Shown piece by piece: positions 36,290 through 44,532 of a DNA stretch of 64,000 nt. Under the pieces are notes generated by a model. That model saw only the letters and a program-made list of their open reading frames with translations, was not told the origin of the DNA and searched no databases. A program made the position numbers and the translations under genes. The DNA lies in IMG/VR virus record IMGVR_UViG_3300035698_009139, one strand, 5' to 3'. Source of the DNA: a virus. How positions within the stretch are numbered: position 1 is the stretch's first letter; the number at the start of each line of letters is the position of its first letter.

Positions 36290-38869
36290 ATGGCTGAGTT
36301 TTATACATCAGTTGAGCAGCAAGGTAACTACATACTACATCGTGGGTATAACGACAATGGCCGCCCCATCCAGGAACGGTTGTTGTACGAACCCACGTTG
36401 TATATGCCTAGCAACAGCGATCACGCTGGAGAGTTCAAAACACTATACGGGCAACTTGTTGAACCAGTACGGCCTGGTAATATGTGGGAATGCCGAGAGT
36501 TCGTTCAGAAGTATGATGGCGTAGCTGGCTTTCAGATATATGGCAACAGCATGTGGACGGATGCTTATATAGCTGAACGATTCGATAGTGACATTACGTT
36601 CGACACATCGATCCTAAACATTACAGATATTGATATTGAGGTGTTGTCTGATGAGGGATTTCCTACGCCGGACAAGGCTGCATACCCAGTAACTGCGATC
36701 ACCGTCCATAACAATCAAGACGACATCTTTTATGCTTGGGGGCTGGATGCGTATGACCCCACCAAGTCCATCATTGAAGACATCACAATTGAATATGTCC
36801 AGTGTAAAGATGAAGCACAGTTGTTGGTCAAATTTCTCAATTGGTGGATAGAGAACTACCCAGACATCGTTACGGGTTGGAATAGCAAGCTATTCGATAT
36901 GACGTATCTGATCAACAGAATCGCCACCATTCTCGGAGAAGATCGAGCTTGGATGATTTCACCTTGGGGTAAGCAGTATAAGGGAAAAGCATTGCCGCGA
37001 CGTGATGTTACGTTTGGGCAATCTGTTCATATGTGTTACAACATCCTCGGCATCCAGCAATTGGATTACATGGACTTGTTCAAAAAGTTCGGCTACGCGT
37101 ATGGTACGCTAGAGTCGTACAAACTGGACCACGTCGCCTTTATCGTATTGGGTGATCGCAAACTGGACTACAGTGAGTACGGATCTCTGAACAGTCTGTA
37201 CCGTGAGAACCACCAACTATTCATCGACTACAACATCAAAGACACGCAGCTTATCACTCGCTTGGAAGACAAGATGGGGCTGATCGATTTGGCGCTGACA
37301 ATTGCATATAAGGCCAAGGTCAACCCATCAGCATGCTTTGGGCCGGTGGCTGTATGGGATTCGCTAATCCATCATACGTTGCTAACTGAGAACATCGTCG
37401 TACCTCCTAAGAAGGACAACTTCCGTTCAAGTGGAATCGACGGCGCTTACGTTAAGTCGCCGATACCAGGAATGTACAGCTGGGTAACGTCGTATGATTT
37501 GGATGGCCTATACCCTCATATCATTATGCAATACAACATGTCGCCTGAAACTATCGTGCAAGAAACAACGCAGGGCGTTACAGTAGATCAATTATTGGAT
37601 CGAATGGAACTAGACATTCCAGAGAACCGCACGATGACCGCAACAGGCCAGCATTTCAATATCGGCTTCAAAGGTATTATGCCACGAATGGTCGAGCAGC
37701 TTTATGGTGAACGCAAAGTAATCAAACAAGCTATGCTTGCGTATGAGCAGGAGAAGGAAAACTGCGACACATCTGATAAGAAGAATGTCACACGGCTGGA
37801 GAAAGCGATCAATCGTTGTGATAATCAGCAGCAGGCAATTAAGATTCTGATGAACTCGTTGTATGGCGCAATGTCCAACCAGTACTTCAGATACTTTGAT
37901 ATCCGTATTGCTGAGTCGATCACAGTTACAGGCCAGCTAACAATTCGGTGGGCCGAACAGGCCATCAATGAGAAGATGAATAAGTGGCTGCAGACAGACG
38001 GCGTCGATTACGTGATTGCAATGGATACGGATAGCCTGTACTTGAACTTTGAGCCTATGCTGGATAAAGTCGAAGGGCTTGATCGGTCCAACACACAGGC
38101 AGTGGTTGACTTCATTGACAATTGTTCCAACACGATCTTCGCTCCGTTGCTTAGCGGTATATATGATGACTTGAAACAGTATTTGAACGCGGCGGAACAG
38201 AAGATGCGGATGTCTCGTGAGGTGATTGCCGACAAGGGCATATGGACGGGCAAGAAGCATTACATTCTCAATGTGTGGGACAATGAGGGTGTGCGATACG
38301 ATACGCCTAAGATGAAGATCAAAGGGATCGAGGCTGTTCGAAGTTCCACCCCAGCAGTGTGCCGTGAGAAGATTAAGCAGGCGTTCAATATCATCATCAA
38401 CGAGGATGAGGCCGCTATCCAGAAGTTCGTCAAAGACTTCCGCGCAGAATTCTATGCGATGCCGGTTGAGGATATTGCATTCCCTCGCACGTCAAATAAT
38501 ATGGCAAAGTACTCAGATTTCAATAAGATCTATGGGCCTAAAACGCCAGTTGCCGTCCGTGGCGCTTTGCTGTATAATCATTACATTGCAGAGATGAAAC
38601 TAGACACTAAGTATGAAAATATACATTCTGGTGATAAGGTCAAGTTTGTGTATTTGAAAGAACCCAACAAATTTAGAGAGAACGTAATATCGTTTCCTCG
38701 TGTGCTGCCAAAAGAATTTGATGGGATTGAGATTGATAGAGAGCTTCAGTTCCAGAAATCATTCTTACAACCATTGGGCAGTATCCTAGATGCCATCAGT
38801 TGGGCGGCCGTCCGGAGAGGGTCACTAAAGGCATTGATAAGTCAACGATTGGAGAACGAAGATGGTTAA
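36290..38869 (+). CDS. gp43: Family B DNA polymerase gp43
   Basis: Exonuclease DIEV, TGWN..FD, YNIKD; polymerase SYDLDGLYPHII, KILMNSLYG, MDTDS, KKHY, KGIEAVRSSTP. Confidence 0.97.
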   Translation: MAEFYTSVEQQGNYILHRGYNDNGRPIQERLLYEPTLYMPSNSDHAGEFKTLYGQLVEPVRPGNMWECREFVQKYDGVAGFQIYGNSMWTDAYIAERFDSDITFDTSILNITDIDIEVLSDEGFPTPDKAAYPVTAITVHNNQDDIFYAWGLDAYDPTKSIIEDITIEYVQCKDEAQLLVKFLNWWIENYPDIVTGWNSKLFDMTYLINRIATILGEDRAWMISPWGKQYKGKALPRRDVTFGQSVHMCYNILGIQQLDYMDLFKKFGYAYGTLESYKLDHVAFIVLGDRKLDYSEYGSLNSLYRENHQLFIDYNIKDTQLITRLEDKMGLIDLALTIAYKAKVNPSACFGPVAVWDSLIHHTLLTENIVVPPKKDNFRSSGIDGAYVKSPIPGMYSWVTSYDLDGLYPHIIMQYNMSPETIVQETTQGVTVDQLLDRMELDIPENRTMTATGQHFNIGFKGIMPRMVEQLYGERKVIKQAMLAYEQEKENCDTSDKKNVTRLEKAINRCDNQQQAIKILMNSLYGAMSNQYFRYFDIRIAESITVTGQLTIRWAEQAINEKMNKWLQTDGVDYVIAMDTDSLYLNFEPMLDKVEGLDRSNTQAVVDFIDNCSNTIFAPLLSGIYDDLKQYLNAAEQKMRMSREVIADKGIWTGKKHYILNVWDNEGVRYDTPKMKIKGIEAVRSSTPAVCREKIKQAFNIIINEDEAAIQKFVKDFRAEFYAMPVEDIAFPRTSNNMAKYSDFNKIYGPKTPVAVRGALLYNHYIAEMKLDTKYENIHSGDKVKFVYLKEPNKFRENVISFPRVLPKEFDGIEIDRELQFQKSFLQPLGSILDAISWAAVRRGSLKALISQRLENEDG

Positions 38870-39188
38870 CACACGAAAGAAGAACCCATCAGCTGAGGAC
38901 ATCAAAATTCTCGATGATTATGCCGCAATGGAAGATTTCGGGTTCACATCAGATAACGGCCAAGAAGATGATCTACTAGAAGAGGTTTCTAGTCTGTGCG
39001 ACACAATTGATGCTTTGCGGAGTGAATGCCAGGACGCTAGAAACCGTCTAGAACAAGTGGAGAAATTGATTATGCCTCTCTTGGCTAATCTGCTAAAGAC
39101 TGCAGACCAAGAGATTATTAAATGGCCTAACAGAGGTCCGCAGCTCGAAAAGAAAATCGACCAACTACTAAAATTAACAAGACCGTAA
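38862..39188 (+). CDS. Hypothetical protein (coiled coil; DFGF...IKWPNR)
   Basis: 108-aa ORF between gp43 and uvsX. Confidence 0.65.
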   Translation: MVNTRKKNPSAEDIKILDDYAAMEDFGFTSDNGQEDDLLEEVSSLCDTIDALRSECQDARNRLEQVEKLIMPLLANLLKTADQEIIKWPNRGPQLEKKIDQLLKLTRP

Positions 39189-39197
39189 GGAGATACA

Positions 39198-40289
39198 GTG
39201 AGCAAATCAACCAATATGTTTACCGACATGGTGAAAAAGATGGGCGCAGATGTCCACTTTGCATCAGAAGAATTACATAGTGCCCAATACAGCGGTACTA
39301 TGGACACTGGTAGTTACGTGTTAAACGCAGCCACCTCTGGATCTATCTTTGGTGGCATTCCCACTAATAAGGTGGTGCAGTATGCTGGCCCGTCTACTAC
39401 TGGTAAGACGTTCTTTGCGCTGGGAATTGTTACTTCATTCCAGAAAGCAAACCCAGAAGGCGTAGTAATATACTTTGACACAGAAGCGGCCGTAACCAGA
39501 CAGATGATGTCTGATAGAGGCATTGATCCGTCGCGGGTAGTAGTGATCGAACCGGAAACCATTCAAGATTTCCGGATGAGAGCTTTGCAGGCTATCAAGA
39601 TGTATTCAGAAACACCAGTCGAGAAACGTCTGCCAATGATGTTCGTGCTGGATAGCTTGGGCCAGCTATCTTCTATCAAAGAAATGGAAGATTCTGAGTC
39701 AGGTAGCAACACGAGGGATATGACCAAGCAGCAGCTAATTCGTGGTGCATTCAGAACAATTCGTTTGCGTCTGGCTAAGATCGACTGCCCGATGATTATG
39801 ACGAACCACACGTACGAAGTGATCGGCGCGTTTCGGCCCACCCAAACAGCTTCAGGTGGTGGCGGGCCCAAGTTCACGTCGGACATCGTTCAAATGCTGA
39901 GTAAGGCAAAGGATAGAAAAAGCTCAGTCGACCACACAGTCATTGGCAACATCATTACTGTCCGCAATGAGAAAAACCGTATAGCTAAAGAAAATACAGC
40001 CGTCCGAGTTAAGCTGTCGTATGACACGGGCTTAGATCGACACTTCGGATTATTAGATTTGGCACTAGTTGGCGGCCTCGTTAAGAAGACGCCCTCAGGT
40101 AAAAAGTATATTATGCCTAACGGCAAAGAGTACTTTGAAAGCGCAGTATACAAGGACCCTACCAAGCATTTCACCGATGAATTTCTCCAACAGATTGATG
40201 AAGTCGCCCAAAGCATATTTAGCTATGGCGATGACAGTGAGGAATCGGCAGTTGATCTAGACGCCGTTTTGGAGGAAGCTGATGGATAA
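39198..40289 (+). CDS. uvsX: RecA-like recombinase UvsX
   Basis: DTGSYVLNA..SG, AGPSTTGKTFF, YFDTEAA, FVLDSLG, RDMTK, TNHTY, SGGGG. Confidence 0.95.
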   Translation: MSKSTNMFTDMVKKMGADVHFASEELHSAQYSGTMDTGSYVLNAATSGSIFGGIPTNKVVQYAGPSTTGKTFFALGIVTSFQKANPEGVVIYFDTEAAVTRQMMSDRGIDPSRVVVIEPETIQDFRMRALQAIKMYSETPVEKRLPMMFVLDSLGQLSSIKEMEDSESGSNTRDMTKQQLIRGAFRTIRLRLAKIDCPMIMTNHTYEVIGAFRPTQTASGGGGPKFTSDIVQMLSKAKDRKSSVDHTVIGNIITVRNEKNRIAKENTAVRVKLSYDTGLDRHFGLLDLALVGGLVKKTPSGKKYIMPNGKEYFESAVYKDPTKHFTDEFLQQIDEVAQSIFSYGDDSEESAVDLDAVLEEADG

Positions 40290-40632
40290 TTCAATTGCGG
40301 AACGAAAGCAGATGTATACTGTTCTGCACAATAATTATAAAGGTGAGGCACTAGCTCGTATCAGGATCGATGAAGGCGCATTCGCGGGGTTGGTGTACCA
40401 TTACAACACCGTTAGCGTCGGCGATACTGAACATGTTAGAGAGGGTACAGATGTCGTCAAATTTTCGTTTGATTATGACGTAGACGAATACCCCGAAAAT
40501 TACCACGAGTTGGATGAATATGAATTGATTGACCTGGAGACGCTGCTCGGCGACATTCTGGTAGCAATCATTCTTGAGAAGGAACAGAATGTCAGTAGAG
40601 CAATTAATAATAACGAATCTGATAACGAATGA
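40282..40632 (+). CDS. Acidic hypothetical protein in the gp40 syntenic position
   Basis: Lies between uvsX and gp41 as T4 gp40 does; homology not evident by eye. Confidence 0.5.
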   Translation: MDNSIAERKQMYTVLHNNYKGEALARIRIDEGAFAGLVYHYNTVSVGDTEHVREGTDVVKFSFDYDVDEYPENYHELDEYELIDLETLLGDILVAIILEKEQNVSRAINNNESDNE

Positions 40633-41995
40633 AGAATACAACCGCAAAGTAATCCCGTTCATCGATCCGCTGTACTTTGAAGGCGAAGGATCGAAAATTG
40701 TGTTTGGTAAGATCGTCGAACACATGACCAAATACAACACGCTACCAACACTTGAATCTCTAGTAATCGACTTGGATAACGATGACACGGTTTCTGAGGG
40801 ATCGTTTGAGTTTGCCACCCAAGTGTTGTCAGAAGTATCATCGGATAACCTATCTGACTTGGATTGGATGGTTGATACAACCGAGACTTTTTGCAAAGAT
40901 CGGGCACTATACAACGCCATTAAAGAGTCCATATCTATTATTGACGGTGGCGACAAAGAAGAACGCTCCACCAACGTACTGCCTGATCTGCTATCTGATG
41001 CGCTAGGCGTATCATTCGATCAAGCAATTGGCCACGACTTCCTAGAGGACTGGGAAAACCGATTCGATCTATACCACGAAGCAGTTGACCACATTCCTTT
41101 CGATATCGAAATGTTGAACACAATCACAAAGGGTGGGGTAGTTCGCAAGACGTTGAATGTGTTGATGGCTGGTGTTGGTGTAGGTAAGACATTATCGATG
41201 TGTCATATGGCGGCCGCGAATCTAACGCTCGGCAAGAACGTCTTATACATCACGATGGAGATGTCACAAGAGCGCATTGGCGAGCGCATCGATGCCAATC
41301 TAATGGACATCGATCTCGACGATTTACAAGACATGTCGCGAGAAACATATGAACGCCGGGTAAGTAAGATCCAGAGCAACACATCTGGCAAGCTGATCAT
41401 CAAAGAATACCCAACAGCCGCCGCTGGTGCCGCGCACTTTAGACATCTGTTGAATGAGCTGAAGCTAAAGAAGAAGTTCGTACCAGATATCATCTACATT
41501 GATTATTTGAACATATGCACTTCCACCCGGTTGAACAAGGCCGCGGCATCTGACAGTTACACATACATCAAGCATGTGGCAGAAGAACTTAGAGGCCTAG
41601 CAGTTGAACGCAACGTAGCAATTATTACAGCTACCCAGCTGAATCGATCAGGGTTCACAGATAGTGATCCTGGTATGGAGAGTACTGCAGAAAGCTTCGG
41701 GTTACCAGCGACGGCCGACTTGATGATTGTGCTGGTCAGTACAGAGGAGTTATTGAAATTGCAACAGATCATGTTTAAGCAATTGAAGAATCGCTACCGA
41801 GATGAGAGTCGAGACCAGCGATTTGTGGTCGGCTGCGATAAGAGTCGAATGAAGCTGCATGACGTGGAGCAGGCCGCCCAAAATCTGCAGATGGATGTGC
41901 CGGTGATGGATAACACAGCTTTCGGCGAAGAGATGGAAAATCGACAAATCGCATTAAACAGCAAAACTCGCAAGCGCCTTGGTGATATGAAATGA
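40589..41995 (+). CDS. gp41: Replicative helicase gp41
   Basis: MAGVGVGKT, LYITMEM, RIDANL, IIKEYPT, IYIDYLNIC, AEELRGLAVE, ESFGLPATAD, KQLKNRY. Confidence 0.96.
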   Translation: MSVEQLIITNLITNEEYNRKVIPFIDPLYFEGEGSKIVFGKIVEHMTKYNTLPTLESLVIDLDNDDTVSEGSFEFATQVLSEVSSDNLSDLDWMVDTTETFCKDRALYNAIKESISIIDGGDKEERSTNVLPDLLSDALGVSFDQAIGHDFLEDWENRFDLYHEAVDHIPFDIEMLNTITKGGVVRKTLNVLMAGVGVGKTLSMCHMAAANLTLGKNVLYITMEMSQERIGERIDANLMDIDLDDLQDMSRETYERRVSKIQSNTSGKLIIKEYPTAAAGAAHFRHLLNELKLKKKFVPDIIYIDYLNICTSTRLNKAAASDSYTYIKHVAEELRGLAVERNVAIITATQLNRSGFTDSDPGMESTAESFGLPATADLMIVLVSTEELLKLQQIMFKQLKNRYRDESRDQRFVVGCDKSRMKLHDVEQAAQNLQMDVPVMDNTAFGEEMENRQIALNSKTRKRLGDMK

Positions 41996-42507
41996 ACATA
42001 GAGATCAGCCGTAAGAGTCGAAAGCGTGGAGAGGTATCCCGTCCCAGCATCCCAGAGATTAGGACTGCTGCCACTCTCTACGGCCGCATCTTGTTTGGAT
42101 ATCGAAAATGGCACGAGGATATAAGTGTGCTTATCACATTGAAGGCGGACCCTACTGATGGAGATTATGGCAGCACTGCTTGGCAAGACCGCAACTATCG
42201 ACCACGAGAATTTCACATATCAATCAACACCGAATTGATCACAAGGAGAGAGGTTTTTAGAACACTAGCACACGAATTCATTCACGTTAACCAATTTGCT
42301 ACTGGCCAAATACAAGATATGGTTAGGAGCAACACAACGAAGTGGGAAGGCAAAAGCTACCACACTTCTGATTGGGACCACAATGAGCATCTGATGGCAC
42401 CGTGGGAAATTGATGCCCGCGGCCGCGAGGAAATATTGTTTTATAATATGGCAGATGCTGCAGGGTGGTTGGACCGCGATTGGGTATTCGATGGAGTGCA
42501 TAAATAA
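41992..42507 (+). CDS. Zn metallopeptidase-like protein (HExxH)
   Basis: TLAHEFIHVNQF...PWEIDA. Confidence 0.7.
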   Translation: MNIEISRKSRKRGEVSRPSIPEIRTAATLYGRILFGYRKWHEDISVLITLKADPTDGDYGSTAWQDRNYRPREFHISINTELITRREVFRTLAHEFIHVNQFATGQIQDMVRSNTTKWEGKSYHTSDWDHNEHLMAPWEIDARGREEILFYNMADAAGWLDRDWVFDGVHK

Positions 42508-42530
42508 AAGAATAAACAGGAGGAGATAAA

Positions 42531-43301
42531 ATGGTTTCGGTAGCAACACAACAGGGCTACATATATGAGAAGAACGTAAAGGACTTCTTACAACCAATGG
42601 GGCTAGTACCCAAAAACTACACAGCGTCGATGGCAAATAAGGGAAAATCCCCAGACATCACACTGTTCTACGATAACAAATTAGTCGGATGTGAATTGAA
42701 AATGTCTACGGCCTCCGCTGGCTCGCTGGTAATGAAATTCAATCCGAAAGATGGGTGGAGCTTTAATCCACTGGATGACGCAACCGACAAAGAGAAGATT
42801 GTGCTGTCTGAGATTGCAGACCAAGTAGGGCTGTGGAAAACTGTCAACGCCAAGTGGAATCATACGCCATTCAAGATTGATAAAAAGTATCAGGATGTCA
42901 AATGGAAAGCTATAGTCGGCCGACTGTCTAAGCAAGATCAGTATCGCCGCGACAAAGAAGCCTTCCCGGAGCTCAAGGGGGACATTCCCACATCTAAGAT
43001 CGAGCAGTATTACAACATGAAAAACACGTTCTACATAAATGTTGGTACGCACGGCTTTTATTTGCTGGGTAACAAGAATCCTCTGAACTTAACTGGCGTC
43101 CCACGATTCAGTGATTCAGCTAGTGCGTGTTATAGAGCCCGTGTTCAGCCGAAGGGTGGGGGAAGTTATCAGTTTACTTTCGAGATGAATTTTGGTATAA
43201 AGAAGAAGTCTCCTTTCAATATTGCACCGCTGCGCAAGGGTAGCTCGGCGATTGTGGAAAAGGATGCTGACCTCAGACCCTTCAAGGACTTGTATAAATA
43301 A
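42531..43301 (+). CDS. Putative PD-(D/E)XK nuclease-fold protein
   Basis: GYIYE...SPDITL...GCELKMS; preceded by CATAAATA (42499) and SD AGGAGG. Confidence 0.45.
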   Translation: MVSVATQQGYIYEKNVKDFLQPMGLVPKNYTASMANKGKSPDITLFYDNKLVGCELKMSTASAGSLVMKFNPKDGWSFNPLDDATDKEKIVLSEIADQVGLWKTVNAKWNHTPFKIDKKYQDVKWKAIVGRLSKQDQYRRDKEAFPELKGDIPTSKIEQYYNMKNTFYINVGTHGFYLLGNKNPLNLTGVPRFSDSASACYRARVQPKGGGSYQFTFEMNFGIKKKSPFNIAPLRKGSSAIVEKDADLRPFKDLYK

Positions 43302-44482
43302 TGACCAGCAATGTGCACCTAGAACACGTGGAAGAATTAGTGTTGACCCGCAGCGTTCTAGGTGCAGCCGACACTGTTAGAATTCTTCGCCAAACTGCAA
43401 AATATCTGGCGAATGATCCTTGTGATATTGACTTATCGGTCAAGTGGGACGGGGCCCCGGCCGTGGTGGTTGGTGTCAATGACCGCCACGAGCCATTTGT
43501 AGCCACTAAGAGTTTCTTCAATCAACAGCCCGCATATTACACAACGATATCGGCGATCAAACAATCAACAATGAATGTTGAATTGAAGCACATATTATCG
43601 ACACTTCTTGATATAGTTATCTGGAGCGATATAGATCTAACTAAGCGACAGGCTTATCAGGGTGATGTGTTGTTCCTAAGACGCGATCGCGCAATGCAGA
43701 TAACTCCAGAAACTGTATCTTTTCAACCCAACGTGATAAAATATACGTTGCCACATGACTCTGGCATAATAAGAGCTAATATTGGTGTGGCTTGGCACAC
43801 TGCTTACACTTATGAAGGTGGCAAGATATTCGGCCGGGCCGGAACCGTGCCTCCCTTTTTAGTTTACTTGCAAAACATATGGAACGTTGATGGGCAATCT
43901 TACGTAGATCCAAAAAAATATAGCACGGCCAGCTATAGGGTGTTTGAGGATCAATTATTATGGGCGGCCGATATAATTAAATCCATTGATAGTTCGGTGT
44001 TATCAGAAGCGCTGCACGATGAAGTGCTGATCACCCAAATAAAAAAGGCTATTAATAGCCACTATAGGGGTACGGATCCGGATCGCCCACCTCCATGGGA
44101 AGTATATGCCTCAGCTGTTACCGCCGTCGAATCCTTTTACAATGCAAAAATACAGGATTTGATGACAGCAAAAGCAAAATACCATTGGGCTGACAAAAGA
44201 GAACGCAGCTTATCTTTGCTGTGTGACCACAAAGATGATTGGGTCCAAGTTTTTCTTTTCATGCACATCACTGGTAGTGTTAAGAATGGTTTGGTGTATG
44301 GGCTAAACCAGCGATCAACAATTAGCTGCTCGTTTAAAAAATCCAATGGTGATATGGTCAATACATCCGTTGAAGGGTATGTTGTGGTCGATCACGCCGG
44401 CCGCCAAATTGCAAAGTTGGTTGACCGCGCAATATTCAGCAGAGCTAACTTTTCGGCCGATTATCAGAAGGGCTGGGGTTAG
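43301..44482 (+). CDS. Conserved T4-like protein with ligase-like nucleotidyltransferase motifs
   Basis: HLEHVEE, SVKWDGAPA (KxDG), YQGDVLF, EGYVV, AKLVDR..FSRANF. Confidence 0.6.
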   Translation: MTSNVHLEHVEELVLTRSVLGAADTVRILRQTAKYLANDPCDIDLSVKWDGAPAVVVGVNDRHEPFVATKSFFNQQPAYYTTISAIKQSTMNVELKHILSTLLDIVIWSDIDLTKRQAYQGDVLFLRRDRAMQITPETVSFQPNVIKYTLPHDSGIIRANIGVAWHTAYTYEGGKIFGRAGTVPPFLVYLQNIWNVDGQSYVDPKKYSTASYRVFEDQLLWAADIIKSIDSSVLSEALHDEVLITQIKKAINSHYRGTDPDRPPPWEVYASAVTAVESFYNAKIQDLMTAKAKYHWADKRERSLSLLCDHKDDWVQVFLFMHITGSVKNGLVYGLNQRSTISCSFKKSNGDMVNTSVEGYVVVDHAGRQIAKLVDRAIFSRANFSADYQKGWG

Positions 44483-44488
44483 GTAAAT

Positions 44489-44496
44489 TATAAATA
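44489..44496 (+). promoter_or_regulatory. T4-type late promoter
   Basis: TATAAATA in the intergenic gap before the 44533 ORF. Confidence 0.85.
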
Positions 44497-44532
44497 CGCT
44501 GAAGTCGTAGTTAGCTTGAGGGAAACCTGCGC

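Noticed and set aside
43293-43300. Perfect TATAAATA directly before ATG 43301
   Set aside because: Transcription would start downstream of this ATG, and the motif is explained by Tyr-Lys-stop plus TAATG coupling; not called as that gene's promoter
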